Assembly: GCA_044369345.1 (NCBI GenBank)
Contig: JBIPMC010000001.1
Location: forward strand, 1 to 25,504
From: Terrimicrobiaceae bacterium
Lineage (GTDB): Bacteria > Verrucomicrobiota > Verrucomicrobiia > Chthoniobacterales > Terrimicrobiaceae
Length of the DNA: 25,504 nt
Direction of reading: 5' to 3'
Shown here piece after piece: positions 16,445 through 24,960 of the stretch. The position numbers and the translations under genes are program-made. The notes under the pieces are model-generated. The model made no database searches. It had not been told where the DNA came from and saw only the letters and a list, made by a program, of their open reading frames with translations. Positions within the stretch are counted from its first letter, which is position 1. Each line of letters opens with the position of its first letter.

Positions 16445-17062
16445 TTACGACATCCCTGCGGCGACTTCGGATTCCTTGCCCCGGGCGATGAATTGCGCAA
16501 GGCCTGAAAATTCGAGCGCATTTGCGACGGCGGGGGAGGGGTTTAGGAGCAGGACGCGGCCGCCGTGCGCGGAGGCGGTTTTGATGGCTTGGAGGAGCAG
16601 TCGGATGCCGAGCGACACGACCATGTCGGTCGCGGAGAGGTCGAGAAGTAGTTGAGGCCGGTAGCCTTCGCAGAGTTTGAGCACATTTTGCTCTACGGCT
16701 TGGGTGCCCCGGAGGTCCAGATTGCCTGCGATTTGGAGGATTTTAACACCGCCTTTGAGTTCGCGCGCCTCGAACATCGCGCCCTCGGCGTGGGATGAGA
16801 GATTGATGATGTGGAAGCTGCCTCTGTGGTGTTCTTGGAGAGCGAGGAGTTTTGCAAAGACTCGGATGCCGTCGGCATTCACATGACGCAGCGCTGTGAT
16901 GTCGAGAACCAGATGGGAGGGCTCGGATTGAAGCACAGGTTGGAGTTCCTCCATCAAATGGGTGGCCCCGCCGCGATCGAGAATTCCCGAGAGCAGGACG
17001 GTTGTTCCGCCTGAGCCGAAGGGCGTGGATTTTTTCCGGATGCTGATGGAGAGAGGATTCAT
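16445..17062 (-). CDS. Tandem STAS-domain anti-anti-sigma-like protein
   Basis: Two copies of the G-x-LD...LxLD(I/L)(T/S)A...G(I)R STAS pattern: LSGILD...LVLDITALRHVNADGIR and IAGNLD...LLLDLSATDMVVSLGIR...GL. Confidence 0.8.
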   Translation of the reverse strand: MNPLSISIRKKSTPFGSGGTTVLLSGILDRGGATHLMEELQPVLQSEPSHLVLDITALRHVNADGIRVFAKLLALQEHHRGSFHIINLSSHAEGAMFEARELKGGVKILQIAGNLDLRGTQAVEQNVLKLCEGYRPQLLLDLSATDMVVSLGIRLLLQAIKTASAHGGRVLLLNPSPAVANALEFSGLAQFIARGKESEVAAGMS

Positions 17063-17490
17063 GGGCTGCTGGGTGAGGTGATCGATTTATGGATGCTCAG
17101 GCGGTTCCGCTCAAATATCCGATCATATTCAATGTGATCGGCCATCTTGCGCAAGAGATGAATTCCCAGTCCGCCGATCGGGCGCTGCTCGACGGGAAGG
17201 CTGGTGTCGGGCTCGGGGTGGTCGCGGGGGTCGAAAAAATGGCCGTCGTCCGTGATCGCAATGGTCATGCGTTCCCCCGCGATCAAAATCTCGATCTCGA
17301 TGAGATGTTCGGCGGAGTCATCGTAGCCATATTTGACGCAATTGCTCACGACCTCGTCGATCACCAGGCGCGCGAAGTGTGTCTCGTCGCGCGTCACGCC
17401 TCTCGAGACAAGCCACTGCGCGGCAAGCTCAGTCGCCGGCGGAATCTCGTCGAGGAGGTTTGTGATTCGGAGGGAAAACGCGCCGTCCAT
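17059..17490 (-). CDS. Anti-sigma / Ser kinase, RsbW/SpoIIAB-like HATPase
   Basis: N box EVVSNCVKYG, G1 DDGHFFDP, G2 RPIGGLGIHL. ATGA overlap with the STAS gene. Confidence 0.88.
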   Translation of the reverse strand: MDGAFSLRITNLLDEIPPATELAAQWLVSRGVTRDETHFARLVIDEVVSNCVKYGYDDSAEHLIEIEILIAGERMTIAITDDGHFFDPRDHPEPDTSLPVEQRPIGGLGIHLLRKMADHIEYDRIFERNRLSIHKSITSPSSP

Positions 17491-17492
17491 TT

Positions 17493-18671
17493 TTAGAAAC
17501 GGATACGGACAATCGAAAAATCATCCATCAATTTGCGGCCGCCTTGGCATTTTTTGACCCAAGCGAAAAGTTTTCCAAGGCCGTTCGGCTCCTGTCCATG
17601 CTGCCGCATGAAGGCCTCGAATTCATCAAATGCGACCATGGCACCGCTGGTATCGCGGATTTCGTAGCAGCCATCACAAAGGACCAGTAGCGTCGCGGCT
17701 TCGGGCACGGAGCAGGTTTGTGTCTCAAAGGTCATCCCCGGCAGCGCGCCGATAATCATCCCGGGTGCGTGGAGGCGATGCGAATCGCTACCCGTGAGAA
17801 GCAAGGCCGGCGGGTGGCCGCCGCTGGAGTGGTGCAATAAGCGGTTCGCGGCGTGGTACACGCCATACCAAATGGTGAAATACATGCCATTCTGGCGTTC
17901 CATCGGGAAAGCCTCGTTGAGAGCGGCGAGCACTGCGGAGGGATCGCAAAAATCGGTATTCGGCAACGAGCCGGAGCGGATCATGTTGATGGCGGTGACC
18001 GAGAGCAACGAGGCGGCGACGCCATGGCCGCAGACATCAAGCAGGTAAATGGCGAAATGTTCTTCATCGATCCAGTGGTAGCCGAACGCATCGCCGCCGA
18101 TTTCGCTCGAGGGGTGGTATTTCCAATCGATCTGGAACGGTTGCTCGAGCGGTTCGGGCAGAATGGAGCGGACATACCGCGCGGCTTCGGAGAGTTCGCG
18201 CTGCAGGCGCCGCTGGGTTTCCTCAACCTCCTGCAAGTGGCGAAGCCAGGCCTCGCCGAGGGCTTTCCTTTCCAAGCTGGCGGTTACACGGGCGCGAAGC
18301 AGCACAGGGTGGAATGGCTTCGGCAGATGGTCCTCCGCGCCGGCCTCGATGCAGCGGATCGCCTCCCCGGTTTCGTTTCTGGCGGTAACCACGATCACCG
18401 GGATGTGGCGCGTGCGGGGGCCGTCTTTGATTTTTGCCAAAGTCTCGTAGCCGCCCAAGGTGGGGTCTGAGGCCCCTAGAAGCACGAGATCGAACTCCGC
18501 AGACTTGAGCAACTCGAAAGCCGTATGGCCGTCCGCGACGAAGTGGGCCTCGAGACCTTGGCACTCGAGGAGCTTCGCGAGAGTTGCCATATCGCCCGGA
18601 TCGTCACAGGCCACGAGCACCCGGCCATGCAGGGCTATCGGTTGGCCCGCAGGATCGTCCGTGCGGATCAT
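17493..18671 (-). CDS. Receiver domain + PP2C/SpoIIE phosphatase (RsbU/RsbP-like), atypical receiver
   Basis: REC: VLVACDD...FDLVLLG...VIVVTA...GAEDHLPKPF. PP2C: IGGDAFG, LLDVCGHG, SGGHPP, LCDGCYE, DDFSI. Confidence 0.9.
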   Translation of the reverse strand: MIRTDDPAGQPIALHGRVLVACDDPGDMATLAKLLECQGLEAHFVADGHTAFELLKSAEFDLVLLGASDPTLGGYETLAKIKDGPRTRHIPVIVVTARNETGEAIRCIEAGAEDHLPKPFHPVLLRARVTASLERKALGEAWLRHLQEVEETQRRLQRELSEAARYVRSILPEPLEQPFQIDWKYHPSSEIGGDAFGYHWIDEEHFAIYLLDVCGHGVAASLLSVTAINMIRSGSLPNTDFCDPSAVLAALNEAFPMERQNGMYFTIWYGVYHAANRLLHHSSGGHPPALLLTGSDSHRLHAPGMIIGALPGMTFETQTCSVPEAATLLVLCDGCYEIRDTSGAMVAFDEFEAFMRQHGQEPNGLGKLFAWVKKCQGGRKLMDDFSIVRIRF

Positions 18672-18683
18672 TGGAGTTTGGTC

Positions 18684-20570
18684 TCAGGCCTCGGCGGCTT
18701 CGCTTTTGAGAGCGTGGATTTTGTTTTTCAACAAATCGAAATCGGTGAAGGCGCGGATCGATTCGATGGTTGCCTTGCGGACTCCGTTCTCGGCGGGTAG
18801 CTCGACTTCGGCCCCGGCCTCGGAGCCGAGGAGGGCTTGGCCGATGCCGGCTTTGTAGGAAACAATCCCGAGTTCCGGAGCGCTGTCCCAAGCTCCAAGA
18901 ATGCTGAATGTTTCGGAGGTGCCATCCTTGAGGCGCACAGTGACGACCGTGCCGATCGAAACCTGCGAGGTATTCGAATTTTCAAAATTCGTTCCGCGTG
19001 CGAGGGCGAGATCGCGCTCCATCTCGACGCGTCGGCGTTGGAGTACGCGCTGGTGCTCTTTTGCGGCTTTGAAGCCGGCGTTCTCGCGGAGATCGCCCTG
19101 CTCCTTGGCGATATTGATATCGCGGAGGTTTTTCGGGATTTCTTTGGTGACGAGATGGTCGAACTCGGCTTTGCGCTTTTCCAAGCTGGGCCAGGAAACC
19201 GTAAGGCTGGTGTCGCCCTCTTCGGCGTGAGCGCCGGTGATCATGTTTTGCGTCTCGGGATACAGCTTCACGATGCGGGCCATGAGCGAGCGCTTCGAGA
19301 GGTCGTCGAAGACCGGGGTGAGGACCAGCTTGCGCATCGAGTCGCGGACGACATCACGGCTGGCATTCATCAGGAGGTCGCCAACGAGTTCGCGATCGTC
19401 CATGAGGAGATCCTTGAGGCGCGAGGTGCGTTTCTCGGCAAGCATATCGGCCTCGAGCGCGCTGAATACGGCGGCGAGAAGCTCGGCATTGAAGAGATCT
19501 GGGAAACGCTTGTTTCGCTCCTTGCAGAGCCAGATGAGCATTTCCGAGGTGATCGATCGGTCGCTGATCCAGCGCTCGAGGGTGGATTGGAATTGCTCCT
19601 TGCGGCCGTGCTTTTCAAAGAGGCGGCAGATGTCGGCAATGAGGCGTCCGCCCGCCTCGCGGATGAGGCGCAGGGATTTGTCGGGCCAAGAATCGCCAAA
19701 CGCGGTGTCGAATTTTTCCAAAACCTCACGCTGCTTGGAGCCGGGCAGGGTGTTGAAAATCTCGACGAGGCGGGAGGATTCGGAGGAAAGGATGTCCGCG
19801 ATGGTTGGCGCCTCGGAGGCAAGCTGGAGCGACGGGAAGCGCTGCAGGATTTCGTCGCGGGCAACAAGAAGCTCGATCGCTGGGGCGGGTTGGAGGCGGC
19901 GGAGTTTTTGGGCGATGTCGTGGATGCGGGTGACGGCTTCTTGGAGCGAGGCTTCCTGACCGGAGAGTTCGTCGAGGGATTTTAGAATCTGGTCGAGTGC
20001 GAGTAGTTGGTCCTTCGTGTGGCGGGCCTCTTTAAAGGTGTTCACAAGGCCCTCGCCGGTGTTCACGCGGTTCTCGAGAAGCACATACGGGTCCGTTTTT
20101 TTGGCCGGAAGCTTGAAGTGTCCGTCGGACTTCATTTTCTTGCGGGCGCCTTCCCACCAGCGTTTGAAACCGGCGGCGTCGAGGACGGATGGGGAAAGCG
20201 CTCCGGCGATCTGGTCGGCATTCGCCTTGCCACCGAGGTCGGTGATGATCTGGCGAACAACCCCGAGCGCATCCGCCGAGCAGCGCTCGCGAAGGCCGGC
20301 CGGGTCGTTCTCGCGCTGGGCAAGGATGTGCCCGGCCGCAATCGGCGTGAGGGTCTCGGCGGCGTATTCGGCCTGCATCGGGTGGCTTTTCTTCGGTCCG
20401 AAATCGATGAGGATTTGGCCGGCGATCAGATTCCACTCCGCGACGCGTCCGAAGCCCCAGCTCTTGTGGGTGCAGAAGGATCCCGGCGCGAGGTGGGCGA
20501 GTTTGTCGGCCGTATTTTTATCGAATTTGCCGCTCTCAACGGCTTGGGCGAGTTCTTCAATCATCATCAT
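18684..20570 (-). CDS. greA: Long GreA/GreB-family transcription elongation factor with a large N-terminal extension (about 628 aa)
   Basis: C-terminal about 160 aa: EIPKN...AKEQGDLRENAG..AAKE.Q, VSIGTVV, FSILGAWDS.P....VSY...GQALLG. Start placed in the ATG run at 20562-20570. Confidence 0.85.
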   Translation of the reverse strand: MMMIEELAQAVESGKFDKNTADKLAHLAPGSFCTHKSWGFGRVAEWNLIAGQILIDFGPKKSHPMQAEYAAETLTPIAAGHILAQRENDPAGLRERCSADALGVVRQIITDLGGKANADQIAGALSPSVLDAAGFKRWWEGARKKMKSDGHFKLPAKKTDPYVLLENRVNTGEGLVNTFKEARHTKDQLLALDQILKSLDELSGQEASLQEAVTRIHDIAQKLRRLQPAPAIELLVARDEILQRFPSLQLASEAPTIADILSSESSRLVEIFNTLPGSKQREVLEKFDTAFGDSWPDKSLRLIREAGGRLIADICRLFEKHGRKEQFQSTLERWISDRSITSEMLIWLCKERNKRFPDLFNAELLAAVFSALEADMLAEKRTSRLKDLLMDDRELVGDLLMNASRDVVRDSMRKLVLTPVFDDLSKRSLMARIVKLYPETQNMITGAHAEEGDTSLTVSWPSLEKRKAEFDHLVTKEIPKNLRDINIAKEQGDLRENAGFKAAKEHQRVLQRRRVEMERDLALARGTNFENSNTSQVSIGTVVTVRLKDGTSETFSILGAWDSAPELGIVSYKAGIGQALLGSEAGAEVELPAENGVRKATIESIRAFTDFDLLKNKIHALKSEAAEA

Positions 20571-20681
20571 GGTTGTCACAGAAAAGGCCGCCTCCTTGCA
20601 AGGGGAAGAAAAGCAAGAGGCTCGCACGGTGGCTGCTTTTCGCCTTGTCGCGGGACGCCGCGTCGTCAAACTCCGCGCTCA

Positions 20682-21296
20682 ATGGCAAACAACGACGAGC
20701 TGGTTTTGGTTGTGAGGCGGAGTTTTTTTGACGAGATCGGGGCCTTTCAGGGCCTCTGTACGGCGGTGGATGGCTACCTGCCGAGGTTTTTGCAGAAGGA
20801 GAACAATTTTTTTGCCCCGCGCTCGACGGCGGAGGACGATCCCTCGCTGAAGCAGATCATTCCCTATGCGGTCTTCATGCACGGCGGCAAAATCCTACAC
20901 TACACGCGTGGCGCGAAGTCGGGCGAGAAGCGGCTCGTCGCCAAATCCTCGATCGGAATCGGCGGCCATATCAACGACACTGACGAGAGCCTGCACTACG
21001 ACCAATCGACTTACCACAACGCCGTTCGGCGCGAGATCAGCGAGGAATTGCGGCTCGGCGGGAGCTTCACGGAGCGCGCGGTGGCCTTAATCAATGACGA
21101 CTCAACCGAGGTCGGCAGCGTGCATCTTGGCGTGGTACATATTGTGGATCTCGAAAACCACGATGTCCGTGCCGGTGAGAAGGCGATTGCGGAACTCGGT
21201 TTTGCAACTCGAGAGGAATTGCTGGCTCGGCGTGAGGGTTTCGAAACCTGGTCGCAGATCGTGCTCGATTCTCTGCCGGAGTTGCTGGTGCGCTGA
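20682..21296 (+). CDS. Predicted Nudix-family phosphoesterase (COG4112/YmaB-like), 204 aa
   Basis: EDDPSLKQIIPY, YTRG...GEKRL....SIGIGGHIN, degenerate Nudix box RREISEE, INDD..EVGSVHLG, FETWSQI. Start at ATG 20682. Confidence 0.8.
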   Translation: MANNDELVLVVRRSFFDEIGAFQGLCTAVDGYLPRFLQKENNFFAPRSTAEDDPSLKQIIPYAVFMHGGKILHYTRGAKSGEKRLVAKSSIGIGGHINDTDESLHYDQSTYHNAVRREISEELRLGGSFTERAVALINDDSTEVGSVHLGVVHIVDLENHDVRAGEKAIAELGFATREELLARREGFETWSQIVLDSLPELLVR

Positions 21297-21342
21297 AGAT
21301 CGGTTTTGCCAACGCCGCAAGCCTGTGCGGTGATTTGCCGTC

Positions 21343-22215
21343 ATGTCCAAGCCCGACATCCAGAACGCCCCGCAAGACCGGATTCAATACCGGGAATACA
21401 AGATCATCCTTCAGCCCCGGCACTTCACCGGCCCGCAGGCGTTCAAGGATTTTTGGCACCTTGTCAAAACGACCGCAAAGAGGTTTGATGTAAAGATCAA
21501 GGAGGCGGACAGGGCTTTCGAGAGCCATGTGCGCGAGGTTTTGTTTTTCGATACCGAGGATTTCGCGCTTTACCGGAACCATTTCATCTTCCGCCTTCGC
21601 ACGAATTATAAAGGCGGCTGGCCGGACGGCGTACCGGAGGTGACTTTTAAATTCCGCCATCCGGAGTTTGAAAAAGCGGCCGCCGTGAATGTGCACCCTG
21701 TCGCGAGCGGCGGAATGGCGCGCATCAAGTTCAAGGAAGAGTTCCTCCCGCTCCGCGAGACCCTTGGCGGGATGCGCTCGATTTTTTCCCACAACTGCGT
21801 TCTCGCCAAACCCCGCGAGGATTTGGATATGGCCGTGAAGGATCTCGTGGCCACATTCCCTGCCGTGGGAGCGCTTGAAGCCAGCCACGATTCCCCGCTG
21901 CGCCTCGTCAACGACATGGCTGTCGAGGAGGTGCAGGTGAATGTCGGCGAGTTGCATTTTGGAAACGCCTTTAACGGAAAGACCACGATCGCCGTGTGGC
22001 GCACTCGCAAATACGAGAAGGCGTTTTGCGGGGAGTTCGCGTTCCAGTGCCGCTTCGACAGCCAGGACGGCCTGCACAAATCGAGCCTCCGGCGCGCGGA
22101 TGATTTCTACAAAGCGCTGCAACTCAACGCCCATGATTGGGTCTCGCTCGGCACCACCAAGACGGCGCTCGTTTACCAAATCGGCCAACCCTCCCATGCC
22201 ACCCGAAGCGAGTAA
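21343..22215 (+). CDS. Hypothetical protein with CYTH / triphosphate-tunnel-like motifs
   Basis: N-terminal REYK (ExExK-like), FFDT, FRLR, TFKFR, KFKEE, GEFAF and terminal TKT appear in the order typical of CYTH-like proteins. Confidence 0.55.
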   Translation: MSKPDIQNAPQDRIQYREYKIILQPRHFTGPQAFKDFWHLVKTTAKRFDVKIKEADRAFESHVREVLFFDTEDFALYRNHFIFRLRTNYKGGWPDGVPEVTFKFRHPEFEKAAAVNVHPVASGGMARIKFKEEFLPLRETLGGMRSIFSHNCVLAKPREDLDMAVKDLVATFPAVGALEASHDSPLRLVNDMAVEEVQVNVGELHFGNAFNGKTTIAVWRTRKYEKAFCGEFAFQCRFDSQDGLHKSSLRRADDFYKALQLNAHDWVSLGTTKTALVYQIGQPSHATRSE

Positions 22216-22762
22216 TCGACCTACAATAGCACAAATTTTCGGGGCCTTCGCGCGGATCGGCGCGGCGAGCTTCGGAGGCGGGCTTGTGGCTTACCTTCGC
22301 GATGCCCTCGTGGAGGAGAAAAAGTGGATGGACGCGGAGGAGTTCCTCGCCGCGCTCGAAATCGGGCAGACCCTGCCGGGACTGAATTCGGTGAATGTCT
22401 CGATCATTGCCGGACGCCATCTCGCCGGGCCGATGGGAGCCGTTGCGGCGGCGGCGGGAATCATCCTGCCAGGGGTTTTGGCGCTGGTGATTCTAGGGCT
22501 TCTTTACGACGAGTTCCGCCACAATCCCGATGTCGCCGCCGCGCTGGCGGGCGTTGCCGCCGCCGCTGTGGGCTTGCTTTTGCAGGTGACTTTGAAAATC
22601 GGGACGAAGCAATTTTCAAATCTGCGGGATATTTTCTTCGTCGCTGCGACATTTATCATGGTGGCGTTTTTTCATGTCTCGCTGCCGACGGTTTTGTTTC
22701 TTGTGGCTCCGATTGCCATCATCCTCTACCGCCCGAAACCCCAGCCTAGATCTCATGAGTGA
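22196..22762 (+). CDS. chrA: Short-chain chromate transporter (CHR family), first subunit
   Basis: FARIGAASFGGG....L....V....WM...EF......GQTLPG.NS.N and AAAAGIILPG. Start at ATG 22196 overlaps the upstream gene. Confidence 0.85.
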   Translation: MPPEASNRPTIAQIFGAFARIGAASFGGGLVAYLRDALVEEKKWMDAEEFLAALEIGQTLPGLNSVNVSIIAGRHLAGPMGAVAAAAGIILPGVLALVILGLLYDEFRHNPDVAAALAGVAAAAVGLLLQVTLKIGTKQFSNLRDIFFVAATFIMVAFFHVSLPTVLFLVAPIAIILYRPKPQPRSHE

Positions 22763-23306
22763 TCTTGTCCGTTTGCTGAATGTTTTTTGCCTGCTCTCGC
22801 TGCTCGCCGTGGGTGGGGGAAGCGCTGTGCTCCCCGAGATGCAGCATGAAACCGTCGCGCGACACCACTGGGTCACGGATCAGCAATTCACCACGATTTA
22901 TAGCCTGGGACAGATGGCCCCAGGGCCGAATATGTCCATGGTCGCGCTGATCGGTTGGCAGGTCGCCGGAGTGGCGGGTCTGCTCGTCGTGCTTGTGGCA
23001 TTTTATCTACCGTCGAGTTTTCTTGTTTATGGATGCAGCTACATTTGGGACCACTTCAAAGAAAACCGCTGGCGCGCCTCGGTCCAACGCGGCATGGCTC
23101 CAATCACGATTGGATTGATGCTCGCTGGCGTTCACGCCGTCGGAAAAACCGCCTGCATCAACCCCACGCACACGCTGTTATTTAATACCACCGCCTGCGG
23201 CATTGCGCTGGGCACCGCTGGGCTCCTCTTTGCAAAACACATCAATCCCGCATGGCTCATGCTCCTCGGCGGCATAGCCGGATGGTTTTTTTTAAGGGGT
23301 GGATGA
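22755..23306 (+). CDS. chrA: Short-chain chromate transporter (CHR family), second subunit
   Basis: LSLLAVGGG...LPEM....V....WVT..QF......GQMAPGPN, AFYLPS, GMAPITIGLM. ATGAGTGA overlap with the first subunit. Confidence 0.85.
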   Translation: MSDLVRLLNVFCLLSLLAVGGGSAVLPEMQHETVARHHWVTDQQFTTIYSLGQMAPGPNMSMVALIGWQVAGVAGLLVVLVAFYLPSSFLVYGCSYIWDHFKENRWRASVQRGMAPITIGLMLAGVHAVGKTACINPTHTLLFNTTACGIALGTAGLLFAKHINPAWLMLLGGIAGWFFLRGG

Positions 23307-23324
23307 AGTCGAGAATTTTTTGGT

Positions 23325-23353
23325 TTGACAATTAGGATTCAATTTTCCAGCCT
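23325..23353 (+). promoter_or_regulatory. Candidate sigma70 promoter for the pilin-like gene / rplS unit
   Basis: Perfect TTGACA (23325-23330), 17 nt, weak CAGCCT (23348-23353), then ATG 7 nt later. Confidence 0.3.
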
Positions 23354-23360
23354 ACAGTCT

Positions 23361-23966
23361 ATGAAATTCCTCATTCGTCTCAGAGCGTTTACACTGGTTG
23401 AACTACTAGTTGTTATTTCAATCATCGCTATTCTGGCATCATTGTCATTACCGGCTATTACCGGCGCGATAACCAAGGCTCAAATGTCCGGTGCATTGTC
23501 AAATCTCAGGCAAATATACACTGCAAATTTCCAAGCAGCTTCTGATGCGGTGACCACTGGTTCCACCAGTTTCGGGTGGCCTGGTGATGTTGCTGCCGTA
23601 ACAACAGTTCAAACCTATGTGGACATGCTGGTGGGAAATGGGTATCTGAAACCTCAAGACGCTGTGAAAATGTTTTCCGTTGCTGGGATCCCCCTTGGGG
23701 CTGTCACAGCTACAAATGCAACAATCGGTTTGGAGAATTGTGCATTTTCAATTTATAAAGTAATGGATTCCGACTCTGGAACGACTTTATTTGCAACGAC
23801 AAAAAATTACACATACAATACCGCGCTCACAACCAATATTCCATTTAAAGATGCAGGGTTTGTCGCTTTTCGCAAAGGCGGTGATGGGGCAGTTTACAAA
23901 AAGTCCCAATACAACGAAACTAATAACATTGGGGCTCAGCCTACTGCTACCGCTCCGTTACAATAA
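23361..23966 (+). CDS. Type IV pilin / T2SS pseudopilin-like protein with N-terminal methylation motif
   Basis: MKFLIRLRA|FTLVELLVVISIIAILASLSLPAI (A|F cleavage site, Glu at +5), followed by ...ALSNLRQIY. Confidence 0.85.
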   Translation: MKFLIRLRAFTLVELLVVISIIAILASLSLPAITGAITKAQMSGALSNLRQIYTANFQAASDAVTTGSTSFGWPGDVAAVTTVQTYVDMLVGNGYLKPQDAVKMFSVAGIPLGAVTATNATIGLENCAFSIYKVMDSDSGTTLFATTKNYTYNTALTTNIPFKDAGFVAFRKGGDGAVYKKSQYNETNNIGAQPTATAPLQ

Positions 23967-23984
23967 ACCATAAAATTATTTACA

Positions 23985-24338
23985 ATGTCCATTCTAGCTA
24001 AAATAGAAGCCGATCAGCTCAAGTCCGAAATTAAACCATTCAGTGTCGGTGACACTGTCAAAGTCCACACTCGCGTTGTGGAAGGTGACAAAGAGCGGAT
24101 TCAGGTTTATTCCGGGATCGTCATTGGCCGCAAGGGCACGGGGATCAACGAAAATTTCACTGTTCGTCGTGTTTCCTACGGCGAAGGTGTGGAGCGAGTT
24201 TTTCCGATCCATTCGCCGCGCATCGCGAAGATCGAAGTGGAGCGTAAAGGCGCTGTCCGCCGTGCAAAGCTCAATTACCTCCGCAACCGCAAGGGTAAAT
24301 CGGCAACAACGGTCAAGGATCAGGTAGACCGGAGCTGA
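23985..24338 (+). CDS. rplS: 50S ribosomal protein L19
   Basis: [55 protein letters not shown]. Confidence 0.98.
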   Translation: MSILAKIEADQLKSEIKPFSVGDTVKVHTRVVEGDKERIQVYSGIVIGRKGTGINENFTVRRVSYGEGVERVFPIHSPRIAKIEVERKGAVRRAKLNYLRNRKGKSATTVKDQVDRS

Positions 24339-24345
24339 TTTAAAG

Positions 24346-24960
24346 ATGGCGTGCTCCCTTGAGCACGAGCAAAAGCTCCGCGAAATGGGATTTTTCCCAG
24401 TCGCGGGGATCGATGAAGCTGGACGCGGCCCGCTGGCGGGGCCTGTCGTTTGCGCGGGAGCGATATTGCCTTTGGATATCACACTGCCCGGGTTGGACGA
24501 TTCCAAAAAATTGTCGCAGCGCCGTCGAGAGACCCTCTACTCGCAAATCACCCAAAATCCTGCCATCCGTTGGTCGGTAGTTCATATATCCCCCGAGGAA
24601 ATCGACCGCCTGAACATCCTCCGAGCTACCCATGCGGGAATGCGGCGGGCATGGGAAAAACTCAATCCGCGCCCGAGCCATGTGCTCATCGACGGACTCC
24701 CCGTTCCTGATTTTCCCTGCGGCCAAACGGCGCTGGTCGGAGGTGACGGCATCAGCCTGAGCATCGCTGCTGCGAGCGTGATCGCAAAGGTCGAGCGCGA
24801 CCGTTTAATGCTCGAATATGATCGAATGTATCCCGAATATGGCTTCGCGAAGCATAAAGGCTACCCAACCTCCGAGCACTTTGCCAAACTGCGTCTACAT
24901 GGGCCTTGTTCAATTCACCGAAGAAGTTTTGCGCCTGTGGCGCAGGCGGAACTCTGGTGA
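24346..24960 (+). CDS. rnhB: Ribonuclease HII
   Basis: AGIDEAGRGPLAGPV, LDDSKKLS, EIDRLNIL, LIDG, GDG.SLSIAAASVIAKV.RD, HKGYPT, IHRRSF. Confidence 0.96.
   Translation: MACSLEHEQKLREMGFFPVAGIDEAGRGPLAGPVVCAGAILPLDITLPGLDDSKKLSQRRRETLYSQITQNPAIRWSVVHISPEEIDRLNILRATHAGMRRAWEKLNPRPSHVLIDGLPVPDFPCGQTALVGGDGISLSIAAASVIAKVERDRLMLEYDRMYPEYGFAKHKGYPTSEHFAKLRLHGPCSIHRRSFAPVAQAELW

Noticed and set aside
18837-19985. 382-aa plus-strand ORF within greA
   Set aside because: Antisense shadow ORF with no motifs.
20007-20681. 225-codon N-terminal extension of the Nudix-like ORF
   Set aside because: It is antisense to the greA 5' region; family similarity begins at ATG 20682.
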